A stretch of DNA of 64,000 nt from a bacterium (GCA_030429765.1 JAUIER010000001.1:202877-266876); one strand, 5' to 3'; numbered from the stretch's first letter, positions 28,892 to 38,715 are shown. The notes: generated from the sequence alone by a model not told the origin. Made by a program: numbers and translations.

Positions 28892-29519
28892 GATCAAATT
28901 AATCTTTACGATATTTACCGTTTTGGTGATCCTGGGCTTAATCGGCTTTTTCATCTATAACGGCAAGCATTACCTGGAGGCCAAAGACGCATTAGCTCAG
29001 AAACAGACAGAGTTGAATGAGGTGAAAAGCGAGATTGCTGAGATCAAACAGGCTATCGCCAAATACGAAGATGAAAAGAAAGAGTTTGAGGAGTTTCTTT
29101 TCAAAGAACAGGATATCCCGGCCTTTCTGGACAGTATTTCCAAAAAAGCCAAGGACACGGCGGTCAATGTCACGGACATGAAGACCAAGTCGTTCCGGGC
29201 GGTCCAGCAGCAGGTGATGGGCGGCAATGTGGCCCAGCAGCGTATTCGAAACAACCGGCGGTCGGCCCAGCAGCAGCAAATGCTGGAAGAGCAAGAGTTG
29301 CAGAATATGCTGACGCTGGCAGCGATGCCGATCAACATGAAGATTGAAGGCGAGTTTGAATCGCTGTTGCAGTTCTTTAATTCGCTGGAGGATATCGAAC
29401 AGCTGATCACGATCAGTAATGTCGAGATCAACACATTTAACAAGTATCCTCAGCTGAGCTGCAAGTACACTCTGAAAATTTACAGTTTGAAAACACTATC
29501 GGAAATTGAAACGCGATGA
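28878..29519 (+). CDS. pilO: PilO-like alignment subunit
   Basis: N-terminal TM, coiled coil, EQDIPAFLDSI, PINMKIEGEFESLLQFFNSLE...LITI. Confidence 0.85.
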   Translation: MNKNKIKLIFTIFTVLVILGLIGFFIYNGKHYLEAKDALAQKQTELNEVKSEIAEIKQAIAKYEDEKKEFEEFLFKEQDIPAFLDSISKKAKDTAVNVTDMKTKSFRAVQQQVMGGNVAQQRIRNNRRSAQQQQMLEEQELQNMLTLAAMPINMKIEGEFESLLQFFNSLEDIEQLITISNVEINTFNKYPQLSCKYTLKIYSLKTLSEIETR

Positions 29520-29971
29520 GAAAGATATTATACACAACAATGATCCTGGTCGTATCCGTTAGCGGATGTGATATGTTCCAGGCCAAGTCCAAGAAACAGC
29601 CGGAAGTGGTCAAACCCAAGCTCAAAAAGGTTGACGATCTGAACCTGGCCAAGCTTCTATTGAAGCCGAATAAGGCCGACATTCAGGTGTCACGGGATCC
29701 ATTTGAACCGCTTATTAAGGAAGAACCCAAAAACACCAAGGTGATGGTGCGCAAAAAGCCCAGAACAAATGAGATGCGTCAGTATAAATTTCTCGGTGTT
29801 GCGAAGGTAAACAATGAATATGTTGCGTATTTAAAGAACGGAGCGGTCAAGGGGACGTTCCGCAAGGATGACAAGGTCAAAGATTACACAATAACCGAAA
29901 TTGGTCCCAATCAAGTCACACTGTCGAATGGCGACCAAACTGTTACGCTAAAAAGAGGGGCATCAAAGTGA
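29516..29971 (+). CDS. PilP-like lipoprotein
   Basis: Lipobox VSGC, RDPFEP, C-terminal beta domain; lies between pilO and the secretin. Confidence 0.8.
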   Translation: MRKILYTTMILVVSVSGCDMFQAKSKKQPEVVKPKLKKVDDLNLAKLLLKPNKADIQVSRDPFEPLIKEEPKNTKVMVRKKPRTNEMRQYKFLGVAKVNNEYVAYLKNGAVKGTFRKDDKVKDYTITEIGPNQVTLSNGDQTVTLKRGASK

Positions 29972-32778
29972 AAACAAAATTAATCATTCTCATTATATTC
30001 GCCATGAGTTTCGGCATGTGTGTCAACACACCGAACGTTGTGGCTGATAACGACCAATTGGCACAAAAGCGGGAACGCTTGTGGAATCTGCTTCAGGAGC
30101 AGAAGCCTAATTACTATGACGACGCGGAATCATCATCCGAAGTTCATGAAGCGATCATGATGCCGGACGAAGCCGAGGCTGTGGATGTCATCGACGAAGC
30201 CGTTGAAGATGTCATGGACACGGTGGAAGAAATCGTACCGGACGTAGAGCCGGTGGTCGTCGATCAATCTGTTGAATACACCGAAGTCGAGTTTTCGGAT
30301 GGAAAGCTGGTTGATCTGCAAAACGATTTTATCACCCGTTCGATGCAGGCCGAGGATGTTCAAGTCCGGACGGCGTGGGCGGATAACTTAAACCGGCAAA
30401 CGATTTTGGACAACGCCATCGCGGCGATGGAAGAAACATTGGAGCAGATGCCGGAGCCCGAAGAAATGGCGTTACTGGAAGAAACCGTCACTGAAAACAC
30501 GGTTGAAGTCTATGACGACGTGGTGGCCGATGTGGCAGAAAACGTTGTATATGACATGGTCGAGGATACACCGATAATCGCTCAAGAGGAAGTCATCGAA
30601 CAGGTTGAGAATGCTGTGATTGATGATGATGTTCAGGAAGTTGTCGATCAAATCGTCGAAGATGCCCAAGGCGAGATTGATATGACAGCCTATGAAGAAA
30701 CAGCGTTGGTGGATTCTGAAGTCGACGATGTGGCCGCGGAGGAGGAATTTCTTGAAGCAACTGTTTCTGATGCGGACATGGAGGTTCATGAAGATTTTTA
30801 CGAAGTTTCCGACACCACAGAGAAAAAAGGTTTCTGGGGACGTCTAAAGTCGACCCTTCAAGGCGATGACGAGCCATCGCGTGATGAATTAAACGAAGCC
30901 TTTATGGCCGAGGATATCCAGGCTGTCGATATCGACAGTACGTCCAATAATTACGGTGTGGTGATGGAAGAAGGCGGTATTACGGCCGAACCAGCTGATG
31001 ATGCCGTATCGGATTACGAACGCATGCGACGCATTCTGGATCCAAATTCTGACGGAGCAGCTATGGAAGCGATTCATGATGATGTTCATATGACAAGTAT
31101 GCAGCCGCAGGAAGATTGGGTGGAAATGGCTGCCGCCGTGAACGTTGTCCGGGAGCCCGACACTTACACCGCTGATGTTGAGGTGGATGAACGATATATT
31201 GAGGATGTGCCGGTACATGAAACGCATAATCATCAGCATACCTACAATGCCGAGTATGTCGATTCGGGTATCGAAGTCTATCATGACGGTGAGTGGGTTG
31301 ATGAATCCGCCGTTGTTCATGAAGGTGTCCATGACGATATGGACATGACGACAGATATCTACGAAGAAGAAGGTGAAAAAGAAGGCTTTTGGAAGAAGGT
31401 CGAACGAAAATTGAGCATGAGCGGCATGACCAAGGAAGAGGTCGCGGAACTCGACTACTGGGAAGTTCCTGTCCAGGAGCAGACTGTCGAGGATATCAGC
31501 CGAAACCTCAAGATTGACGCGGCCTTTGAAGAAGCGGCCAGCGTTCAGATCGATGACATTCCGTCAAAAAAGCACACTTTTGTTCAGCCGGAAACCAAGA
31601 TTTCATCACCGCGTGAGATCATCCGGGCGGCCATTCCGGAGGCCAATCGTGACCGGAAGATCGATCTGGATTTTGATAACACCAACCTTTCCGATATTCT
31701 GCTGATCATCGGCGATACGGGCGGGATGAATATCGTTCTAGATCCGGCTCTCAAGAGCAATACACTGGATCTTCATCTTAAGCAAATCAGTCTGGAAGAA
31801 GCCCTATTGCTGATCGCCAACTCTTATGACTTAGGATTCAAATTGGTGGGTGACGCGATCTTCGTGACCGAAAACGCCAAGCTTCGCTACGAAAACAAAG
31901 TATCACGGATTATCAAGGTCCGTAACGTGGCCGTGCAGGAAGCCAAGGTGTTGGTGGACGATCTGGTAGACAAAGTCAACGCCAGTGAAGAGCTAAACAG
32001 TCTGATCGTCGTCGGTGACCCGAAAGATGTCGCCAAGGTCGAGCAGATCATTCAGAGTATCGACACGCCGCAGCCGCAGGTTATCCTTGTGGCGAAGATT
32101 ATTGAGGTTAACAAAGATGCCCTTAAGGACTTAGGGGTTGATTGGTCCGATCAAATCAATATCGGATATCAGGAAAGCGGACGCCCGTCTGACTTTAACG
32201 ATTCCGAAGATTCGACAGGATCATGGTACCGGGTGGCGCAGATTCAGCGTAATCCGTTGCAATTTGAAACAACGATCCGTATGCTGGAACAGCAGAACAA
32301 GGCGAAGGTTTTATCTGAACCACGTGTTACGACGCTTAATGGTAAAGAGGCCGAAATTTTTGTCGGGGACGAAGTTCCGTATACGATTACCAATATCACC
32401 GGTGGGGTGGTTACCAACGATGTTCGCTTCGTGGAGCCGGGTATCCGTCTGAGAATCACACCGTCGATCATCGAAGACAACTTTGTTGTCATGAAGATCG
32501 AACCGGAAGTGAGTTTTATTGTATCATTCCGCGGTCCGAACGACGAGTTTCCTCAAGTTCGAACCAGGGAAGCCACAGCGCACGTGCGTGTTGAGAATAA
32601 ACAGCCGTTTGTGCTCGGGGGAATTCTTAATCAGGAAGACAAGCAGAATCTCTTCAAGGTGCCATTCCTTGGAAAGCTGCCTTTATTCGGTAACCTATTC
32701 AGTTATGAGAAAAACACCGCCGTGGATACGGAGCTGATCATCACCGTTATCCCTACGATTGTGCATGGCAAAGATTAA
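29968..32778 (+). CDS. Secretin (PilQ/GspD family) with long acidic N-terminal extension
   Basis: Signal peptide; from about aa 564 IDLDF (N0), NSLIV.G (N3), PQVILVAKIIEV, LSEPRVTTLNG.EA.I.VG, KVPFLGKLPLFGNLF, ELII.V.P. Confidence 0.92.
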   Translation: MKTKLIILIIFAMSFGMCVNTPNVVADNDQLAQKRERLWNLLQEQKPNYYDDAESSSEVHEAIMMPDEAEAVDVIDEAVEDVMDTVEEIVPDVEPVVVDQSVEYTEVEFSDGKLVDLQNDFITRSMQAEDVQVRTAWADNLNRQTILDNAIAAMEETLEQMPEPEEMALLEETVTENTVEVYDDVVADVAENVVYDMVEDTPIIAQEEVIEQVENAVIDDDVQEVVDQIVEDAQGEIDMTAYEETALVDSEVDDVAAEEEFLEATVSDADMEVHEDFYEVSDTTEKKGFWGRLKSTLQGDDEPSRDELNEAFMAEDIQAVDIDSTSNNYGVVMEEGGITAEPADDAVSDYERMRRILDPNSDGAAMEAIHDDVHMTSMQPQEDWVEMAAAVNVVREPDTYTADVEVDERYIEDVPVHETHNHQHTYNAEYVDSGIEVYHDGEWVDESAVVHEGVHDDMDMTTDIYEEEGEKEGFWKKVERKLSMSGMTKEEVAELDYWEVPVQEQTVEDISRNLKIDAAFEEAASVQIDDIPSKKHTFVQPETKISSPREIIRAAIPEANRDRKIDLDFDNTNLSDILLIIGDTGGMNIVLDPALKSNTLDLHLKQISLEEALLLIANSYDLGFKLVGDAIFVTENAKLRYENKVSRIIKVRNVAVQEAKVLVDDLVDKVNASEELNSLIVVGDPKDVAKVEQIIQSIDTPQPQVILVAKIIEVNKDALKDLGVDWSDQINIGYQESGRPSDFNDSEDSTGSWYRVAQIQRNPLQFETTIRMLEQQNKAKVLSEPRVTTLNGKEAEIFVGDEVPYTITNITGGVVTNDVRFVEPGIRLRITPSIIEDNFVVMKIEPEVSFIVSFRGPNDEFPQVRTREATAHVRVENKQPFVLGGILNQEDKQNLFKVPFLGKLPLFGNLFSYEKNTAVDTELIITVIPTIVHGKD

Positions 32779-32819
32779 TTGAATAGCTGCACGAATTAAA
32801 ATAGGATCAGATGGTTTAA

Positions 32820-32850
32820 GAAAGCCCTGCTTTTATCAAGTGGGGTTTTC
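32820..32850. terminator. Possible terminator hairpin after the secretin
   Basis: GAAAGCCCTGCTT...AAGTGGGGTTTTC imperfect inverted repeat. Confidence 0.4.
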
Positions 32851-32896
32851 TTATATAATAGGTATATTAAGCAGTACGTAATCACGTCGGGAAATT

Positions 32897-35047
32897 ATGA
32901 GAAAGCTATCAAAACGCGGATTTACATTGATCGAGGTCCTGGTCGGCGCGATTATCATCGCGGGCGTCAGCCTGGCCGGATGGGTGTCGGTGACGGTCTT
33001 GACCAAGTCGGGGGAGATTTCGCGGAATCGCTCCATGGCGGTCAACCTGCTGCAGCAAAGTCAGGAGGAGCTGCGCCGCATTGCCCAGGTCGACACCACC
33101 TACGATACGCTCAACACGTGTCAGTTTCCCAATCCGGTGGCGCCGCCGACCAACACCTGTGGACTCGCCGACACAACGACCACCTTTCCCGGTTTTGTGC
33201 GCACCATGGCGGTGACATTTGAAAACGGCAGCACCGAACTCAAGCGTGTGTTGACCACCGTTCAATGGCAGGAAGATGGAATTCCCAAGCAGATCCAGTC
33301 CATTGTCCTTTTATCGCGTCCGCCGGATCCACTTCCCGGTAACATCATCGGTTTTGTCAGCTCGGAGACACAGGCGGCAACGCCGCTCGGCAGCATTCCG
33401 ATCAGCATTGATTTTGTATCTTCAACGGCATCGTATTCCACGACGTCGGCGGCCGTCGCGGATGGACGCGGCGCCAATTTTGATTTTGCTGAAGTCGGCA
33501 CCGGCCGGTTTGTTTTGCCCACAGGCAACTACAATCTGACGGTCAACGCGTCGGGATACTTTCCATACACACATCCTGTTGAGATCACGGTGCCTTCAAA
33601 TGGAGAGGTCTTTGTGGCGGTTCAGCTAAGACCTTTACCGACAGATGCTGTCATCTCCGGTAATGTGATTGACCTTAGCACCGGATCACCGATTTCATCT
33701 TTTAGCGGGGCGCGTATTCGTCGCTACGAAGGCGGAAGTTACCGTCAGCAAACGGTGAATCAGCGCAGTTATTCATTTACCATTCCTTTTTCAGATTCCA
33801 ATCCGCAGTCATTCACGATCAACACGCTTGACGCGTTTCGCGCGGGATTTGTCTATCAGACCAACTCGGGCGGATCACCGTCCTGTAACTTTGACTATAC
33901 CAGAGAAGGTTTTTCGTCGGCCGTTGTCCAGGCCGACAGTAGTTTAGTGTGTTCGAACCCTCACAATGGAAGTTCAGCGTCAGATCGGGTGACGGTATTT
34001 CCGGGCGACAATATCACGCTGGACCTGCCGGTTTTACCCGTCCCTGAAGTTCAGATTTTCGGACGCGTCCTGGACAGTGATAACAATCCGGTGAGCGGGG
34101 CGACCATTCGAGCGCGCTGGCCGCGCAGCGACGGGAGTTATGACTGGCGTAAGCAGGGCGTCCTTCAAACGGCGACGAGCGATATCAATGGAAATTTCAC
34201 CTTTAATGTCCCGGCGGTGCAGGGGATGTTTCCGGGTTCCAACCCGAGTCAGAACTATCTGCAGGTTTGGGCGCGCGGTCAGGTGAATGTCATTCGATGT
34301 TGCGATGTTCAGCAGAACGTATGGCGAAATAGTCCAACGGCTTATGTGGGAATCCTGAATCCATTGGATCCACCGCGGGACATCGGTGTGCTGCGGATTT
34401 CATCGACCGATGAAAACTGCGGAAATGTGGGCGGCGATATCACGGATGGTCTTACCTCGAACGCGATCGATACGGCGAATGTGCAGATATCGGTGACTGA
34501 GCTGACGGACGGCACCGGCCATTATGATATTGAATGCGCCCCGGCACAGACCGGATTCCGTTTACGTACAAATCGCTATCGCTTTATCGCGTCCAAGGCA
34601 GGGTACTACACCAATGATTCCAACGGAAACGCGCAATATCGACGTCGGGGATCCGGCGGCCGTGATGTGCAGATCCAAACCGATACCACGATCAATTATG
34701 ACGCGGAGTTGTGGCCGCGGGGATTTGGAGATATTCAGGTCAATGTTGTGGATAAAACAACCGGTGTCCCGATGGACGGCGTCGATGTACGATTATCTCC
34801 ATACACAGGTTCGTCTAGTACATTAACCACGGCAGGTGGAACCGTTACATTCGTGAACGTGGCCGAAACATGGCCGACGCCGGCTGTGCCAAACAACGGT
34901 TACTACAATATGAATTCGCAAAGCCATCGGATTGATATCAATCATGATCCGGCCAATTACCTGCCGCACACAGAAATTATACCAAACCTCGACGACGGTA
35001 CAGTGGTGACGATCACGATCATGCTGGAAAGAATAGGCGGGGTATAG
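32897..35047 (+). CDS. Large PilV-like minor pilin with C-terminal beta-sandwich (carboxypeptidase-regulatory-like) repeats
   Basis: RG|FTLIEVLV; LKRVLTTVQW; repeats such as GRVLDSDNNPVSGATI and TSDINGNFTF. Confidence 0.85.
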   Translation: MRKLSKRGFTLIEVLVGAIIIAGVSLAGWVSVTVLTKSGEISRNRSMAVNLLQQSQEELRRIAQVDTTYDTLNTCQFPNPVAPPTNTCGLADTTTTFPGFVRTMAVTFENGSTELKRVLTTVQWQEDGIPKQIQSIVLLSRPPDPLPGNIIGFVSSETQAATPLGSIPISIDFVSSTASYSTTSAAVADGRGANFDFAEVGTGRFVLPTGNYNLTVNASGYFPYTHPVEITVPSNGEVFVAVQLRPLPTDAVISGNVIDLSTGSPISSFSGARIRRYEGGSYRQQTVNQRSYSFTIPFSDSNPQSFTINTLDAFRAGFVYQTNSGGSPSCNFDYTREGFSSAVVQADSSLVCSNPHNGSSASDRVTVFPGDNITLDLPVLPVPEVQIFGRVLDSDNNPVSGATIRARWPRSDGSYDWRKQGVLQTATSDINGNFTFNVPAVQGMFPGSNPSQNYLQVWARGQVNVIRCCDVQQNVWRNSPTAYVGILNPLDPPRDIGVLRISSTDENCGNVGGDITDGLTSNAIDTANVQISVTELTDGTGHYDIECAPAQTGFRLRTNRYRFIASKAGYYTNDSNGNAQYRRRGSGGRDVQIQTDTTINYDAELWPRGFGDIQVNVVDKTTGVPMDGVDVRLSPYTGSSSTLTTAGGTVTFVNVAETWPTPAVPNNGYYNMNSQSHRIDINHDPANYLPHTEIIPNLDDGTVVTITIMLERIGGV

Positions 35048-35048
35048 G

Positions 35049-35537
35049 ATGAACCGAAGATCTCTAAAAAGCAGGAAGGGAGTAACACTGGTGGAGTTGC
35101 TGACAATGCTGGTGATCGTCGGTGTACTTATCGGAACTTTCTATGCCGTTTTTATCACCAATTGGGCGGCCTTTGAAGATCGCATCGCCCGGACACATAT
35201 GTGGCATCAAGCCAACGAAATTATGGAAACAGTCACCGATGATGGGCGCTTCGCGCATGTCATCAATGTGGTCAATAACCCGGACGGATCTGAGTCGGCT
35301 ATTTTTCTTGATGCGTTGAACCAACCCATCGTGACGTATACGATTGGCTTGAACGGCGAATTTCAAATGGTCCGAAATGGTTTAGCGATGAAGGTTTTGT
35401 CGGACCAGCTGGATCCGATACAATCCGATTTTGCGCTGCAGGGTGAGAGCTTGCGGTTTCAATTGGTCATGCAGGAAGAATTGTTTAATCGTAATATCGG
35501 TTTTCAAACATCAACCGAGGTCTTTCCGCGAAATTAG
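35049..35537 (+). CDS. PilW/GspJ-like minor pilin
   Basis: RKG|VTLVELL class III signal; C-terminal TEVFPRN. Confidence 0.85.
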   Translation: MNRRSLKSRKGVTLVELLTMLVIVGVLIGTFYAVFITNWAAFEDRIARTHMWHQANEIMETVTDDGRFAHVINVVNNPDGSESAIFLDALNQPIVTYTIGLNGEFQMVRNGLAMKVLSDQLDPIQSDFALQGESLRFQLVMQEELFNRNIGFQTSTEVFPRN

Positions 35538-35545
35538 GAATAAGG

Positions 35546-36835
35546 ATGAAATTGACGACACGACGACAATCTGAGAGCGGTTTTATTCTGATATCCGCCG
35601 TATTTGTGGCGTTGTTTCTGACGCTGCTTTTAGGGGCCGCGTTTATGCGTTCACAAATGCAGATCCGGGAGGCCGCGATGCGCCGGTATGCTCAAGAGGC
35701 GTTTTATGCGGCGGAATCCGGCGTGGACCGGGCATTGTTTGAATTGCGTCAAAATCCCAACTGGACACCGGGTGCCGGCGGATTTGCCGCGGTTGTCGAC
35801 GAGCCACTGGAGACTATTCCGGGAGACGCGACAACAACGATCGGGTTTTACTCGATCAATGTGGGAAACGGTGGCTTTCTGGCTCCGCTAGGGGACACAC
35901 GCTGGGTCCGGTCAATCGGACGTGATATTGATAATAACTTAACCCGGGTAATTTTGGCCCGGGTGCTCATTGATGATCCCAGCCGGTTTATTATGTCGAC
36001 ACCGGGCGTTTTGCGATTCAAAAGCGGCTCTCAATTAGATGCCGACGTGCTGGGGAATGAATTGTTTTTTGATGTAAATACCACCTTGCCGGCGGCGCAA
36101 CGGGCGATCGATGTCAACGGTGACGTACTCTATATTAACAACGTGAATCCGAGTGACCCGATGGCGGATCCGGATATCAACATATCGGGTAACGTCACCC
36201 AGTATCCATCGATCACTTTTCCGGGGGTCGATCTATCACGCTACAGTTCGTTGGCCACGAGCAATTCACCACTCAATGGCTATTATTCCGCGTCGGACTT
36301 AACCGTTGATCTGGAAAACCTCAGCACATTAAACAACGATCCGCTGTTCGATCCGCTGATCATTTATGCCGACGGGGATATTCGGATCACCGGCGAGTTC
36401 AGCGATTCGGTGGTGGTTGTCGCGTCCGGAAACATTTACATCGAAGGTGATATAGAACCTGATCCGGCCCATGGATTGGCCCAGCCGCCGCAGATTGGCT
36501 TGTTCGCTAAACAGGATGTGATTATCGAGGACGGCGTGGTTCCGGCGGGCGGTGATCTAAATCTGGAAGCCTTTGTGATTGCCGACGGGGGGGGATCATC
36601 CAACGGTGAGTTTAATGCCGAAAGCACGGTTGGGTTGGGGAATTTTAATTTCACCGGCAGCATCTCGGTGCGCGGCGAGGGAGGCGGTACTACCGGTATC
36701 GATTTGAGCATCTTTGCGACGCGCAGCTATACACACAATCCTAATCTGAGCGTTCCGTTCTCACCCTACATTGCCAACATTATTTCATGGCAGGAAAGTA
36801 CCGTGGCCGATGTATTCCCGCCGGTTGCCAACTAA
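35546..36835 (+). CDS. PilX/GspK-like minor pilin
   Basis: ESG|FILIS (no E5), AFYAAESGV.RAL; G.IYI.GDI, IGL.A..DV; C-terminal ISWQE. Confidence 0.85.
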   Translation: MKLTTRRQSESGFILISAVFVALFLTLLLGAAFMRSQMQIREAAMRRYAQEAFYAAESGVDRALFELRQNPNWTPGAGGFAAVVDEPLETIPGDATTTIGFYSINVGNGGFLAPLGDTRWVRSIGRDIDNNLTRVILARVLIDDPSRFIMSTPGVLRFKSGSQLDADVLGNELFFDVNTTLPAAQRAIDVNGDVLYINNVNPSDPMADPDINISGNVTQYPSITFPGVDLSRYSSLATSNSPLNGYYSASDLTVDLENLSTLNNDPLFDPLIIYADGDIRITGEFSDSVVVVASGNIYIEGDIEPDPAHGLAQPPQIGLFAKQDVIIEDGVVPAGGDLNLEAFVIADGGGSSNGEFNAESTVGLGNFNFTGSISVRGEGGGTTGIDLSIFATRSYTHNPNLSVPFSPYIANIISWQESTVADVFPPVAN

Positions 36836-36838
36836 TCC

Positions 36839-37810
36839 CTACAAGTCATTCAGATTGTGTAGATATTCGACGATATTCTTTTTATTGTTCTGACGGGCGA
36901 TATCGATGGCCTTTAAGTTGTCACGCGTTAATCGCGTGTCGGCGCCATGCTGTATCAGCGTCTTTACAACATCGAGCTGATGTTTGAGATTGCGGTCGGG
37001 ATTACTGACTGCCTCGATCAGCGCCGTGGATCCCCGGGCCGTTTGAAAGTTGACATCGGCGCCGCGGCGCACGAGTTCATCAATAAGATCGATGTGCCCC
37101 CACCAGCTGGCCTCCATCAACAGTGTTTTGTCCAGGGGACCGACCTGATTGAGGCCGGGCCTTTTCTTCAGCAAATATTTGAGTGTATCCAGATGACCAC
37201 CACGTACCACTTTGTAGATGGTGTGCGGATGCAGCGCCGCATCTTTTTTGATGAGTAGTTTGAGAATATCGGTGTGACCGCTGTAAGCGGCGATGTCGGC
37301 GGCGGTTTCGATGTCATTCGAAGAGGTCGACCAGCCCTTGAGGGCGGGGTCGGCACCGTTCTTGAGCAGCTGACGCACCAGATCGATATTACCGCGAAAG
37401 GCCGCGCACATCAGCGGAGTCCATTGCCAGTCGATGGTGAAGGTGCGCTCACGCCGTTTGTATCCGTATACATTGGGATTGGCGCCGGCATCGATAAGTT
37501 TACGGGCGGCATCATAAAATTCAAGCATGATCGCGCTATTAAGCAGACTGGTATTCCAGGAACTCATATGATTGGGATTGGCACCGTGTTCGAGCAGAAG
37601 ATCCATAATCTCCAGCTGCTGACCGACCGTGGCGGCGCCCAGGGCATTGTTGATACTTTCCTGATTGAGCCCTTCGTCGAGGAATGCCTGCACGCGGGCC
37701 ATGTCGCCGGAACGTGCCGCAACAAACAGGCTATTCGGTGTGTACTGTGCGTGGGCCGGCGGACCGATCAACGCGAAGAGTAATATAGAGAAAATGAAAA
37801 ATAAACGCAT
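36839..37810 (-). CDS. Exported ankyrin-repeat protein
   Basis: Signal peptide (AHA); TPLMCAA..G..DLV..LL..GAD-type repeats. Confidence 0.9.
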   Translation of the reverse strand: MRLFFIFSILLFALIGPPAHAQYTPNSLFVAARSGDMARVQAFLDEGLNQESINNALGAATVGQQLEIMDLLLEHGANPNHMSSWNTSLLNSAIMLEFYDAARKLIDAGANPNVYGYKRRERTFTIDWQWTPLMCAAFRGNIDLVRQLLKNGADPALKGWSTSSNDIETAADIAAYSGHTDILKLLIKKDAALHPHTIYKVVRGGHLDTLKYLLKKRPGLNQVGPLDKTLLMEASWWGHIDLIDELVRRGADVNFQTARGSTALIEAVSNPDRNLKHQLDVVKTLIQHGADTRLTRDNLKAIDIARQNNKKNIVEYLHNLNDL

Positions 37811-37949
37811 AATAAGTATGGGATTTTGGTTTTATTCTATCCGTGGCTAGAGAAATGGTCAATTCTAACTTGTAATTCTTGAGAGAGCAGGTTAAAATAG
37901 CGGAAAATTGAGTTATTTATCTGGTTTTCCAGCAAGAGGAGATAAACTT

Positions 37950-38696
37950 ATGCGAATTCCTGTCTCATTTATGATACTTAGTCTGTTGATGGCCCCGGCT
38001 GTCGCCCAATCACAGGAGGCGATTCCGGATGGTGAGAACAAGACGTATTACTCAAACGGAGTCCTGGAAAGTGTCGGCTTCTATCAGAACGGCAAGCTGG
38101 AAGGGCAGACCACGGGGTATCACCCTAACGGTAATTTGTTTCTCAAAGGAAATTTTGTGAACGGTAAACGCGAAGGTATGCAGGAAATTTTCTTCAAGAA
38201 CGGTCAGGTGATGGAAGAAAGCGAGTTTGTGAATGGTAAATACCATGGCATCAGCCGGCGCTATTACAGCAATGGAACACTTAAGGCGGAGCGTAACTAC
38301 CAGGACGGCGAACTCAACGGACAGTTTACCGAATATTACCGCAATGGTCAGGTCAAAATGGAAGGAAGCGCCACAGACGGCGCGCTCGACGGATTGATCA
38401 AACGATATGATGATCAGGGCCGGCTGGTGTACCAAGGCGAATTCAGCGAAGGACGTAATTCAGGGCCGTTTCAGCGCTATTACCCAAGTGGTTCCTTGCA
38501 GGAAACTTGTCAGCTGACTGTTATAGATAACAAGGAAGCCCGTCGGGATTGTGAACAATTTATGGACCAGACTGGCGAATTATTGGCCAATTATCATCAG
38601 ATGTTGTATCGTCAGGATAATAATGAGACGTTGATCCAGACATATGTCGGTGAAAACATGGTGAAGGAAGAAACAATCAAAAATACCCAGCTGTAA
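37950..38696 (+). CDS. Exported MORN-variant repeat (YwqK-like) protein
   Basis: Signal peptide; repeats YYSNG....G.Y.NGK.EG; GAGGAG RBS. Confidence 0.88.
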   Translation: MRIPVSFMILSLLMAPAVAQSQEAIPDGENKTYYSNGVLESVGFYQNGKLEGQTTGYHPNGNLFLKGNFVNGKREGMQEIFFKNGQVMEESEFVNGKYHGISRRYYSNGTLKAERNYQDGELNGQFTEYYRNGQVKMEGSATDGALDGLIKRYDDQGRLVYQGEFSEGRNSGPFQRYYPSGSLQETCQLTVIDNKEARRDCEQFMDQTGELLANYHQMLYRQDNNETLIQTYVGENMVKEETIKNTQL

Positions 38697-38715
38697 CCAC
38701 CAAAAAACGGAATTC

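Noticed and set aside
37950-38696. YwqJK-type toxin-antitoxin module
   Set aside because: Only the MORN-variant repeat protein is present, it has a signal peptide, and no toxin gene is adjacent.
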